IMG/VR virus record: IMGVR_UViG_3300026097_001055
Coordinates: 50,891 to 114,890 of that record
Origin: a virus
Reading direction: 5' to 3' (one strand)
Length of the DNA stretch: 64,000 bases
Shown: positions 1-9,971 of the stretch, one piece after another
Layout of the letters: each line of letters begins with the position of its first letter
Numbering within the stretch: position 1 is the first letter of the stretch
Translations under genes and position numbers: made by a program
The notes under the pieces: generated by a model
Database searches by the model: none
What the model saw: only the letters and a program-made list of their open reading frames with translations
Told to the model about the DNA's origin: nothing

Positions 1-387
1 GAACAAACTTCAGGTATATTAGAGTTAATACCTTACCCTAAGAATAATCCTTTTGCTGCACAAACTTATCCTCTTCTGGCTACTGGTCCAGACAGATATC
101 AAATACTTTTTTCTAAAGAAGAAAACAAATATAGATTTAATCAATTCTGGGATATAACTGAAGACAGAGGAGAGTTTACAGCTGCTGAAGAAAACATATG
201 GTTTACACAGGCTAACGGATATATTAAAGAATTAAATCCTTTAAACTTAGATTATAACAAACCTGTATTAGAAAGAAAACGTTTTAGACATTACATAAAT
301 TTCTTACATTTGTCTAGAGAAGTTTCAGGTGATACAAACATGTTATTAAAAATAGTAAATACTAAAAAAACTTATTCTCCAAGATAA
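1..387 (+). CDS. 3' end of an upstream virion/tail gene (probable crAss-like tail stabilization/muzzle-type protein), partial
   Basis: Open frame 1 from base 1 (EQTSGILELIPYPKNNP...ERKRFRHYINFLHL...TYSPR) ends at TAA 385-387, overlapping the next ATG (TAATG). Not in the ORF track because it has no start in the window. Function inferred from position only. Confidence 0.55.
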   Translation, partial: EQTSGILELIPYPKNNPFAAQTYPLLATGPDRYQILFSKEENKYRFNQFWDITEDRGEFTAAEENIWFTQANGYIKELNPLNLDYNKPVLERKRFRHYINFLHLSREVSGDTNMLLKIVNTKKTYSPR

Positions 388-3300
388 TGTATAATAAGAA
401 AGCTATATCAGATGCATTAGCTAAGCTTAATAAAGCTAAAGCACCAAAACAGGAACCGGATATTATTTATTCTGAAAGAGGTCAGTGGGATCATCCTGGT
501 GAAGTAACTAGAGTACCAAGTTCTAATATAACTATGCAAGGAGTAGATACTCCACTATTAGGTATAGATAATTTAGGTAATCAACAAATGATGTACCCAG
601 GAGCTGAATATAATTTCCCCGGTGCTGATTATGTAGATGAATATCCTATAGCTAAATACGGTGGTCTTGTAACAGGATTAACTAATACAAAGGGTAACCT
701 TCTGATGAACAAGAAGGGAAAAAGAATGATGGCTAAATCAGGTAGCTTATCTGCTACTAATGAGTTATTTTTAGGTAACCCTCTTGTTAGTAAAAGAAAA
801 AAATCAGTATTTGTTCCTGGTCATGATTTTCAAAAAGGTGGTGATTCACAAAAAATTAATAAATTAAAACAAGAATTTGCTGACAGTCTTTATAATCAAT
901 TTAATAACCCTAGTACAAGAAGTAGAAGATTAAGAAAAAAAGTAACTCCTAAAGATCCTTTATATAAATCTTTATGGAACCTTTCTAATAGGGATGGGTA
1001 TGAAAGAGAGGTTATGGAAAATTATCAACCTTCTGAAATATATTATGATCCTCTTAATACAGACTTTACTTTTCCAGTATTTAAAGATAGATATGAAATA
1101 CCAAAACCTGTAATTTCAAACAAAGTAGACAGGCTACCTGCTAAAAGTATAGAAACACCTGAAATATCAAAAGAAATAATACCTTCTGAAAGAGCAACCA
1201 TGGATTTAAAAACTTATACAGATCCTTGGTCAGGTAAACAAGAAGTAATGAATAGATCTCAACATCTCCAAAGACAAAGAGCTCATTATAAAGGAGAAGA
1301 GAAACCTGAAGTTTTTGAAAGAGGTTTTGAAGATAGAATATCAGGAAGACAAGCTTTACCTGAACAAATTATAAATTATAAACAATCAAGACCTCAAGAA
1401 TATCCAGAGTTTAATAAAAACTTGTCTAAAATGATAGGTGTTATAGGTATGCCGAAAAAATCTATTAACTCTAACTTAAGCTTAAATGATTTTCAAGAAG
1501 GAGGTGTTATAGAATTAGAGCTAACTCCAGAAGAAATAGAACAATATAAAAAAGAAGGTTATGTAGTTGAAGAATATCAAGATGGTGGAAAAATAATTTC
1601 AGAACATGGATGGGATTATAAAAAAGAAAATGATGAGTATTTTACTAGAAAAACAGGATCTGATAAATGGATTTCTCCTAAAGGAGAAGCTCTTAAAGCT
1701 ATACAACAAAAAATATTTAATGATGTAGATTATACAGAGTCAGATAAAAAAAGTGATTATATAAATAATGTGCAACAGCTTATAAGTAATGGTTATACAT
1801 TAGAAGATTTAGTTAAACAAAGAGTAGGTACTAAACAAGGATTACTTGAATTGTTTCCACAACTTGCCGATGGTAGCACAACACCTGTAGAAAAATCACC
1901 AGTAACTCCAAAAAAAGACGTTAATGTAGTAAAAGAAAAACCTATTCTTGATACAAGACCTTCAATGCTAAACTTAGGTCTAGCAGATTATAATAGACCT
2001 AAAATGTTTAATACTAATATTGATGAAATAAAAGCTAGAGCTAAAGCAGATGCTATTGTTAATGTAGAAAAGGAAAATGCTATTTTAAAAAGACCTACAA
2101 AAATGCCTTATATGCCTTCATGGCAAGATTATGCTGCTAGGATTAATCAAGGTTTAACTAAACCAGAATATACAGAAGCTGAACTTACAGATGAGGAGAT
2201 AGCAGAACTACAAGCTCAAGGTCATATAGTAGAAGAGGTAACTGAACCTGAACCTTGGTTAAACAGTTTACAAAATAATGTAAGTCAACAAAGCATCTAT
2301 AATACAGATAATGTTACTTTAGATCCTTTTGGAAGAAAACCTAAGTATGGACCTACTGAAGAACAAATGTTAAAGCTACAAGAGTTTATGAAGACTCCTG
2401 AAGAAAAAGGTTTAAAATCATGGGAGCCTCAAACTATAAGATTAAAATCTTGGGATGAAACTGAACTAGGCCATGCTACAAATGAATTATCTAAGATTTT
2501 TGAAAAAGCAGAAGAGGTTTTAGCAGGTATCAGTACAGAAGGTTTGGGTAACGTGATAGAACAAATTCAACAGGGAAGTAGTGATCCTGAATCATTAGGA
2601 GAGGTGAAAGTATTAAAAGAAGAAGAACCTGTAAAGGAGACAGAACCTGTGTACAACATACAAGATTTAGATCCTTTTAAATTTGTAGGTGAAAGAAATG
2701 GAGAAATTATTCAAACGTATACTATACCTTTAATTAACGAACCTAATACATCAGTTATGTATAGAAACAGAGGTGATGAATCAGATATAATGGGTAAAAA
2801 ACTAGCTTATACTTATGCACCTTTTAAACCTTATAAAGAAACATTAAATAAAAAATATGGAAGTTTAAGTGCTAACGATAACTCTTATGTAATAGCTCTT
2901 ACAGCTGATGGGATTAAAGGAGGTAAGCTAAAAGATTTTAAAGATACAGATACTCCGTTATCACCTACTTATGTTACCAAAAATGTAACTGAGCTTGTAA
3001 TTGAACCTGATAATAAATATTTTGACGGAATTAAACAAAAAGGATTAGGTTTAAGAACATCAAAAGATACTGTTAAATATATACCTGTAGGTACTTCAGA
3101 TAGTCAAAGTGGAAGTTTCAAAAATTGGAGTGGTGGACATTTATTAGTAGAAAACCCAAAAACTAAAGTTATGGTTGTACTTCATGGTAGATCTGATCAA
3201 TTAAAAGAAATGTTTAATAAGTATTTAGAAACTGAAGGTATTGAATCTGCAAACATTTATGAAACTGATCATAAAGCATATTCTTTAATAACTAATCCAA

Positions 3301-3404
3301 AAGATGGAATACATAAAGGAATTAAAAATAGACAACTAGACAATTATAATACAGAAAGATCAGGAGCCGGTAACTTTATTTACTTACAGGAAATCAATGA
3401 ATAA
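387..3404 (+). CDS. Putative internal virion/cargo protein with x-x-x-GG motifs
   Basis: 1005-aa Cys-free ORF. N-terminal GQWDHPG...ITMQGV...MYPGAEYNFPG...VDEYP domain; motifs AKYGG, FQKGG, FQEGG, YQDGG; two copies of E-x-E-L-T-x-E-E-I-x-x-x-x-x-x-G-x-x-V-E-E. Confidence 0.6.
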   Translation: MYNKKAISDALAKLNKAKAPKQEPDIIYSERGQWDHPGEVTRVPSSNITMQGVDTPLLGIDNLGNQQMMYPGAEYNFPGADYVDEYPIAKYGGLVTGLTNTKGNLLMNKKGKRMMAKSGSLSATNELFLGNPLVSKRKKSVFVPGHDFQKGGDSQKINKLKQEFADSLYNQFNNPSTRSRRLRKKVTPKDPLYKSLWNLSNRDGYEREVMENYQPSEIYYDPLNTDFTFPVFKDRYEIPKPVISNKVDRLPAKSIETPEISKEIIPSERATMDLKTYTDPWSGKQEVMNRSQHLQRQRAHYKGEEKPEVFERGFEDRISGRQALPEQIINYKQSRPQEYPEFNKNLSKMIGVIGMPKKSINSNLSLNDFQEGGVIELELTPEEIEQYKKEGYVVEEYQDGGKIISEHGWDYKKENDEYFTRKTGSDKWISPKGEALKAIQQKIFNDVDYTESDKKSDYINNVQQLISNGYTLEDLVKQRVGTKQGLLELFPQLADGSTTPVEKSPVTPKKDVNVVKEKPILDTRPSMLNLGLADYNRPKMFNTNIDEIKARAKADAIVNVEKENAILKRPTKMPYMPSWQDYAARINQGLTKPEYTEAELTDEEIAELQAQGHIVEEVTEPEPWLNSLQNNVSQQSIYNTDNVTLDPFGRKPKYGPTEEQMLKLQEFMKTPEEKGLKSWEPQTIRLKSWDETELGHATNELSKIFEKAEEVLAGISTEGLGNVIEQIQQGSSDPESLGEVKVLKEEEPVKETEPVYNIQDLDPFKFVGERNGEIIQTYTIPLINEPNTSVMYRNRGDESDIMGKKLAYTYAPFKPYKETLNKKYGSLSANDNSYVIALTADGIKGGKLKDFKDTDTPLSPTYVTKNVTELVIEPDNKYFDGIKQKGLGLRTSKDTVKYIPVGTSDSQSGSFKNWSGGHLLVENPKTKVMVVLHGRSDQLKEMFNKYLETEGIESANIYETDHKAYSLITNPKDGIHKGIKNRQLDNYNTERSGAGNFIYLQEINE

Positions 3405-3446
3405 ACTTTTAAAGTTTAATTGTTATAAATAAATTTAGTATATTTA
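3402..3446 (+). promoter_or_regulatory. Putative late promoter: palindrome TAAACT-N5-AGTTTA plus -7-like TATATTTA
   Basis: TAAACTTTTAAAGTTTA at 3402-3418 and TATATTTA at 3439-3446. Same architecture and spacing as 9972-10016. Confidence 0.5.
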
Positions 3447-3462
3447 ATTAAAGACTATAAGC

Positions 3463-6400
3463 ATGTCACAAAAGAAAAGAGTTAGAATATATAAAGCTGG
3501 AGGTCAGCAAGGAGCTTATATAAATCCAACAGCTAAATGGATGATGCAGATGGGTGGAGCACCTCAAGAAATGATGGATACTCAGATGCAAGAAATTCAA
3601 TCTATGCAGCAACCTGGAATGATGGATCCTAATATACAACAACCACAAGACATTGATTCTCAACAGTTAATGCAAGTTGTTATGGATCAAAGGGAACAGG
3701 GTGCAGAATTTAAAGAAATTATAAACATGCTTATAGATACTGTACCTGGAATAGATAATCAATTACTTATGCAAGTTGTTCAGGAGGTACAGATGATGGA
3801 ACAACAACAAGGATTAGGTGAACAACCTCCTATTGAAGACCAAGAACTTGATGAAAAAGAATTGTTAAGAAAAGGAGGTTATGTAGCAGAAAAATATAAT
3901 GAAAGCGGATCAATTACTGATCCACCTCCCGGAATTTTAGGAGAAGTTAATTCTGAAGGATACTTTCCTTACAGCCCTCCAGGATATAATTTAAGAAAAG
4001 GAGTTTCTTATCAAGAAGATCCTGAAAATTGGGAATTTTGGAAAAAAAATAACAAAGTTTATAGAAAAGATTTAAGTTCTGGTAATTATACTAAATTGCG
4101 CCCTCCTACAAAAGATGATTTAAAGTTTTTAGAAGATTTTTCTATATGGGCTAATAGTAAAGAAAGAGATTCTGATAAAGTTCAACAAAGATATGATAAA
4201 GAAGTAAGGCCTCTTCTTAAATCTTTAGATAGACCTATAAAACCTGTTAATAATCCAAAAGATGCAGATATAGAGAAAATGGTTTCTGATGGTACGTTTT
4301 GTGATGATTGTAGTTATCGCTATTCTGCATATGACATGTATGATTTTGAAAAAATGCCTGTGCCAGAAGATTATCCAGAAGATAAAAAATCTAAACCTGG
4401 ATATAGGTATCATCGAGAGTGGAATCCGTTTACTCATCAATATGAAGCTATGAGTCCTACACAGCACAGAATGTTAGAACGAGAAGCTCTTAAAATTCAA
4501 AATCAAGGAATAACACCCACAGCTGATAATATGCCTGTTATTGAAAACCGAGAGTTGTTAGATGCAGTAACTAGAAAAAATGTAGGAATTAGACCTTGGT
4601 CAGGTTCAATTGGTTTTGGACGAGAAGAGGAAGATATCATAAATGAAGAAAATAAAAAATCTAGTAAGTTTCAAAATCACCAAGAGTTGTTAAATGAAAT
4701 AAATAAAGAATCTAATAAGCCGTTTGGAAAATTAAAAAAAGGAGGTAATCCTAAGCAACTTCGTAAAAAGTTTGTTAAAGAATATGTTAAAGGAGGTATT
4801 GCTCAAAATGCTAAAGCTTCAGAAGTTGCTAGAGATTCAGCTTTTAGTCTTTTAGATTTTGTTGGTAGAACTAATAAAGAAAGTCTACTTAAAACTAAAG
4901 CAGAAAAATTAGCCGAGTCAATATTTCCTGAGCAAAGCATGCCTGCTATGTATAGAGGTGGCATACGTAAAGCTCAACCAGGGCTTAATGTGCATTCTGA
5001 TAAAGATGCAAATGAAGCAGCTGAAGAAACTTATACTAAAGCTCAAATGGAAGCTTATGTTAAAGATCAAATAGAGAATAGTCAAAAAGCATATCAAGAA
5101 CAATTTCAAAAACAATTTCAAGGTTATCCTAGAGGGTATGGTTACGGCTATGGTGTTCCTGGTGGGTATGGATATCCTTATGGTCCAGGCATGCCTTCAC
5201 CTAGCAGCGGATTTCATGATGTAGGAGGTAAAGGTTATCCTTTGTTTTATAATGCAGGTCCTGGTATGGGATATGCAGGTGTAAGATATCCTCAACTAGG
5301 TAATCTTATGAACATGTTTTCAAAAGATCCAGATAAAGTAACTTATAGTAGTAACTTATCTGCAGAAGAATTGAAAAATGTTTTAGGTGATGATTTTCAA
5401 GGATATGATAGAGAAGTTCTTGATTATGATAAAAGATTTTTACGGAAACCTTTTGAAAAACATGTTAGATACACAATCAATAGAGGAAAAGGTAAAGCGG
5501 ATGCAACTAAAGATGAAAAGTTTTGGGAAGATCATTATATAGATCCTACAACAGGAAAAATAATTAGTCATTCTAGTTACGGAAATGAAGATGCAACTAC
5601 AAATAATCTACAAGATAATACACAAGATGAAAGAAGTGGTTTTATTAGTAATTTGTTTAACCGAGATAATGAAAGCTCAGACAAAAAAAGATTTAACCCT
5701 TTTAATAGAGTTGATAGAATACTAAGAAGAGCTGAAAGACAAGGTAATAATGACCCTATGTTAAATTATACTTCACCTAATAAATCTATAAAGCCTGATT
5801 TAAAACCTAATGAATCTTCTTCAAGTGGTTCTCAATATGATTCCAGACAAGAACTGACACCTGATGAAGGTAAAGGAACTTGGGAAGGTAAACAACAATT
5901 TATGGAAGGTTTAATAGGAAGTCAATTACAATTACCTAAAACAAGTAATAATAAAAAAGAAAGTAGCACTGACTTACCTGAAGGTTTTCCTATAGATACT
6001 CGTGGTCCCCGTGAAATGGCTTATGGTGGTGTACCTAAATATTATCCAGGTGGTCCAACACCTTTATATACATCTAACCCTTTAGAAGAAGAAAATCAAG
6101 CTATATTAAATGCTGGAAAAAGAAACAATTATGGTCAAGTAGAGATTCCTGATTATTCTAAGGCTTATACTTTGCTAACTCAAAAAGATTATTTTTCTCC
6201 AGAAAAAAGTATAGACAGACAAGCTGAATTATTACCTGGTTATGGTACTGTTAAAATAATGTCTGATAAAGGTACTGATAAAGGTACTGATAAAGGTACT
6301 GATAAAGGTACTGATACTAAAAATCCGTACATAGATGAAAAAACTGAAGAAGGTCAATCTTATATAGATCCTTCAGCTATATATAATTTTGGTGTGCAGG

Positions 6401-6675
6401 CATTTACTAATATGGATAGATATAATCAGAAAACACAAAACGATATACTATCTCTAGGTCAAAGTACTAATCAACCTATAGATTTTACAAGAAGTCAAAA
6501 CCCTTATGGTCCTACAGGACAGTTATTAGATAACAGATTAATAGATAATCAAGGTATTTTGGCTAAACGTGGAGGAGCTATGGGTAAATATAAAGCAGGT
6601 GGTACTTACATGTTAGAACAAGATGTTATAAATAAAATTAAAGCCGCTGGCGGTATCATTAAATTTTTAGACTAA
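3463..6675 (+). CDS. Putative internal virion/cargo protein, Q/M/P- and G/Y-rich, with about 10 GG motifs
   Basis: 1070-aa ORF with YKAGG, MQMGG, LRKGG, LKKGG, YVKGG, MYRGG, MAYGG, YYPGG, AKRGG, YKAGG and a GYGYG-rich tract; TAATG-coupled to the next gene. Confidence 0.6.
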   Translation: MSQKKRVRIYKAGGQQGAYINPTAKWMMQMGGAPQEMMDTQMQEIQSMQQPGMMDPNIQQPQDIDSQQLMQVVMDQREQGAEFKEIINMLIDTVPGIDNQLLMQVVQEVQMMEQQQGLGEQPPIEDQELDEKELLRKGGYVAEKYNESGSITDPPPGILGEVNSEGYFPYSPPGYNLRKGVSYQEDPENWEFWKKNNKVYRKDLSSGNYTKLRPPTKDDLKFLEDFSIWANSKERDSDKVQQRYDKEVRPLLKSLDRPIKPVNNPKDADIEKMVSDGTFCDDCSYRYSAYDMYDFEKMPVPEDYPEDKKSKPGYRYHREWNPFTHQYEAMSPTQHRMLEREALKIQNQGITPTADNMPVIENRELLDAVTRKNVGIRPWSGSIGFGREEEDIINEENKKSSKFQNHQELLNEINKESNKPFGKLKKGGNPKQLRKKFVKEYVKGGIAQNAKASEVARDSAFSLLDFVGRTNKESLLKTKAEKLAESIFPEQSMPAMYRGGIRKAQPGLNVHSDKDANEAAEETYTKAQMEAYVKDQIENSQKAYQEQFQKQFQGYPRGYGYGYGVPGGYGYPYGPGMPSPSSGFHDVGGKGYPLFYNAGPGMGYAGVRYPQLGNLMNMFSKDPDKVTYSSNLSAEELKNVLGDDFQGYDREVLDYDKRFLRKPFEKHVRYTINRGKGKADATKDEKFWEDHYIDPTTGKIISHSSYGNEDATTNNLQDNTQDERSGFISNLFNRDNESSDKKRFNPFNRVDRILRRAERQGNNDPMLNYTSPNKSIKPDLKPNESSSSGSQYDSRQELTPDEGKGTWEGKQQFMEGLIGSQLQLPKTSNNKKESSTDLPEGFPIDTRGPREMAYGGVPKYYPGGPTPLYTSNPLEEENQAILNAGKRNNYGQVEIPDYSKAYTLLTQKDYFSPEKSIDRQAELLPGYGTVKIMSDKGTDKGTDKGTDKGTDTKNPYIDEKTEEGQSYIDPSAIYNFGVQAFTNMDRYNQKTQNDILSLGQSTNQPIDFTRSQNPYGPTGQLLDNRLIDNQGILAKRGGAMGKYKAGGTYMLEQDVINKIKAAGGIIKFLD
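6263..6316 (+). repeat. In-frame 12-bp tandem repeat (CTGATAAAGGTA x4.5; DKGT repeats)
   Basis: Perfect copies read directly in the sequence. Confidence 0.9.
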
Positions 6676-9600
6676 TGGCTAAGAGAAAAGTTCAAATAGT
6701 AGATTTACCTAAAGCACAAACAGGTCAACAAGTAGGTTATGGTCTTTATAATAGACTTGCTACTATGGGGGGTTTAAGTAATCAAAGAAGAGGTACTACA
6801 ACATCTGTTAATAAAAGTATGGGTCGTGTAGCTGAAGGAGAAGAACCTAATCTAGAAGCAGAAGGTGGAGAAACTGTAATGGTGCCTGGATTATATGGTG
6901 GCGTTCCTACACATTTTAATATCACAGGACCAAGACATGCTCAAGGTGGTGTTGCTATGAATCTTCCTGAAGATAGTTTTATATTTTCTGACTTTGTTCA
7001 GATGAGATTAAAAGATCCAGATGTGTTGAATTATTTTGGTAAAACGGCAAAAAAAAGAGGAAAAGGAAAAGGTTACACTCCTGCAGATATTGCCAAGCAA
7101 TATGATATAAATAAATACATAGAGATACTTAATGACCCTAACTCAGATGATATAGATAAAAAAACTGCTGAGATAATGATTAAAAATTATAATCTTAAGT
7201 TGGGTGCTTTAGGTTTAGTACAAGAATCTCAAAAAGGATTTGAAGATGGTATACCCGAAGTAAGCATGCCTTATATGGATCATATGAGAATTACTGAAAA
7301 AGATTTAGGTGTACAGTCAAAAGAATCTAAAGAACTTACTGTAATCATAGAGCAAATGTTACAAGAAGGTTTGCCTATAGAAGAAATTATAGCTAAGCTT
7401 ATTACTGAAGAGATACCACCAGAAGTTATTATAGATGCATTAGTAGGTACAGAAATGAGTGAAGAAGAAGCTATTCAATTAGTAGAAGGTATTATATCTG
7501 AATTAATGAATGAAACTTCTATGAATCAAGAGCAAATGCCTCAACAACAAATGCAACAAGAAATGCCACAACAAATGATGGATCCTAATATGATGTCTCA
7601 AGAACCTATGTCACCAGAAATGATGTTACATGGGGGTAGAGTACAGCCAAAATTAAGAAAATTAAAAAGAGCACAACAAGGAGGAATGTCTCCAGAAATG
7701 ATGCAGCAACAAGGTCCGCCACAAGGACAAGCACAAGGACAAGATCCTATGGCTGAGGTAATAACAATGATTGAACAGATGTTACAACAAGGTGTTGAAC
7801 TACCTGCTGTTATATTTGAATTAATTAATATGCAAGTACCTGAACAAATAGTTGCAGAAGTTTTAATGCAATTAGGTGTACCAGAACAAGAAATTCAACA
7901 AGCTTTTGAAATAGCTATGTCTCATCCTGAGATGCAACAAAGTCAAGAACCTGTTATGGACCCTGCTATGATGCAAGGTCAAGGGGTGAGTCCTGATATG
8001 ATGCCTGCTATGGATCCATCAATGATGCAAATGGGGGGTATGCAACAAGAACCTACATTAGAGGAAATGATTGCAGAAGCTTTACAACAAGGTGCTGAAC
8101 CACAAAAAATAATAGAGGCTCTGGTAAAACAAGGTTTAGATCCACAACGTGCTCAACAAAGCGTTCAACAAGTTGCTCAAATGATGATGGGTCAACAACC
8201 TCAAGCAGTTATGCAAAAAGGAGGAAGTCTTAAAAAATATAAAAAAGCTGGACAAGTTCCTAAAAAATACAGAACTGATAAAAGATATAATATAACAGAT
8301 CCTGACTTTACATATGCAGGTTTAAAAAAAGGAGATTATATTAATTTAGGTGATGGTAAATTTCAAAAAATAAATGTTGATATATCTGATGATTTTACAT
8401 ATGATAAAACTTTAGAAGGTGGTGTTAGAGATGACATTGAATCAGCCTTATTTCAGCTAGCTTATTTTAAAGAGTTAAGTAAAAATCCTGAGTTAAAAAG
8501 AGCTTTTCATAAGGCTTACATAGATATCATTAAAGACAAAGAACTGTTTACATCTAAAAAGGGAACTACCTCTAAGTTTTTTGGAGATAAAGAATTAGAA
8601 AAAGTTACCCCTGATGAGCTTATAGATATCTATACTAAACATATAGAAACAAATGCTAATCTTTATTTAACAGGTTTAGATGCTACTGATTTTACTCAAA
8701 ATGGTAAGTTAGCAGCAAACGTACCTAAAGAAAAGAAAGAGCTTTATAAAAAGATGGCAGGTGATAAAGACAACCCTACTCTTCAAGATATATATGAAGC
8801 AAAAGGTTTATCACCTAAAGGTATAGATATAGCTAAATCACAAGCTGGTCAATGGGCTTATCAAAAAATAGCAGCGGAGCCTGAGAAATATATAGAAGAT
8901 CCTGAACTAGTAGAGATAGCAAAAGCTACTATTAAGCCAGATCCTTCTATGGGTGCAGAAGATGAAACAGGAACAAAATATGAGCATAAATCAATTTCAC
9001 CTATTGATGGTTATTTAGGTAATACAACTATAGGTCATTTAGGTACTACTACTTTACTAGGTGATGCCTTTATTGATGAAGAACTAGAAGAAGAAATAGA
9101 AGAAGTAGAAGAAATAGAAGAAGATGATGATTACATTCCTTATCAAGCTCCTAGACCATGGGTAGATTTAGGTATGAGTAGTGCACATAAAAGACAATAT
9201 GCGGATGCGTTAAGTAGAAGAAATTTACCACCATTAGTGTTAGGTCAACCTGATGTAAACATGCGAGCTCCTGATTATGTATTAAAAGACTGGAGAGGTA
9301 TGCAGTTTGACGCAGCTAGTGATTATAAACAAGGTTTTGAATCAATGGCTGCTAATACTGCTAACCCTGCAGTAGCTAGAGCTAACATGGTTGCTGGAAT
9401 GGGTAAGTTAGCAGATACAGCAGGTAAATTTAGAAGTGATACTTTAGATTATAATGTTGCTGTACAAAATCAATTCAGTCCAATGATTGAAGATGTATAT
9501 AATAAGATGAATATCCAAAGAGGTACTTTATGGGATAAGAACTTAGGAGACATGAATCAAAGAAGACAAGAACAGTGGTTAGCTAAACAAAAGTCACAAA

Positions 9601-9971
9601 CAGATGCTATTAACGTACTCAATGCTAGTGATCAAGATAAAGCTTATAGAGCAGCTTTAATGTATAATAATCCTCAACAAGCTATAACTCCAGATGGTTT
9701 ATTGTATTATCATAACCCAAAAGCTATTACACCAGATGCTACTCCAGGAAGTGATATAGCAAGTAGTTATAAAAAATACTTTAATCTTACAGGTAAAGAA
9801 GATTTAGCTGTAAAATTAGCAGAACTTGAAAGAGGTAAAGGACACTTTGATAAAAACCGTGCTCAAGATCCAGATGATGCAGATTATATGGAATATTTGG
9901 CAAGTAAACAATCTAAAAAAGGAGGAGAACATGGAGTACATGCTTCAGACTTATTTCCTTTCTGGTATTAA
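6675..9971 (+). CDS. Putative internal virion/cargo protein with EAEGGE / GPRHAQGG motifs and Q/M-rich helical repeats
   Basis: 1098-aa Cys-free ORF. N-terminal NLEAEGGETV...GPRHAQGGV...FIFSD block, three ~50-aa helical repeats, an acidic tract, and GG motifs. Confidence 0.6.
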   Translation: MAKRKVQIVDLPKAQTGQQVGYGLYNRLATMGGLSNQRRGTTTSVNKSMGRVAEGEEPNLEAEGGETVMVPGLYGGVPTHFNITGPRHAQGGVAMNLPEDSFIFSDFVQMRLKDPDVLNYFGKTAKKRGKGKGYTPADIAKQYDINKYIEILNDPNSDDIDKKTAEIMIKNYNLKLGALGLVQESQKGFEDGIPEVSMPYMDHMRITEKDLGVQSKESKELTVIIEQMLQEGLPIEEIIAKLITEEIPPEVIIDALVGTEMSEEEAIQLVEGIISELMNETSMNQEQMPQQQMQQEMPQQMMDPNMMSQEPMSPEMMLHGGRVQPKLRKLKRAQQGGMSPEMMQQQGPPQGQAQGQDPMAEVITMIEQMLQQGVELPAVIFELINMQVPEQIVAEVLMQLGVPEQEIQQAFEIAMSHPEMQQSQEPVMDPAMMQGQGVSPDMMPAMDPSMMQMGGMQQEPTLEEMIAEALQQGAEPQKIIEALVKQGLDPQRAQQSVQQVAQMMMGQQPQAVMQKGGSLKKYKKAGQVPKKYRTDKRYNITDPDFTYAGLKKGDYINLGDGKFQKINVDISDDFTYDKTLEGGVRDDIESALFQLAYFKELSKNPELKRAFHKAYIDIIKDKELFTSKKGTTSKFFGDKELEKVTPDELIDIYTKHIETNANLYLTGLDATDFTQNGKLAANVPKEKKELYKKMAGDKDNPTLQDIYEAKGLSPKGIDIAKSQAGQWAYQKIAAEPEKYIEDPELVEIAKATIKPDPSMGAEDETGTKYEHKSISPIDGYLGNTTIGHLGTTTLLGDAFIDEELEEEIEEVEEIEEDDDYIPYQAPRPWVDLGMSSAHKRQYADALSRRNLPPLVLGQPDVNMRAPDYVLKDWRGMQFDAASDYKQGFESMAANTANPAVARANMVAGMGKLADTAGKFRSDTLDYNVAVQNQFSPMIEDVYNKMNIQRGTLWDKNLGDMNQRRQEQWLAKQKSQTDAINVLNASDQDKAYRAALMYNNPQQAITPDGLLYYHNPKAITPDATPGSDIASSYKKYFNLTGKEDLAVKLAELERGKGHFDKNRAQDPDDADYMEYLASKQSKKGGEHGVHASDLFPFWY

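Noticed and set aside
3402-3418. Post-stop palindromes at 3402 and 9972 as intrinsic terminators
   Set aside because: Stems are almost all A/T with no U-tract, unlike the GC-stem terminators elsewhere; the fixed spacing to a -7-like element fits a binding site better.
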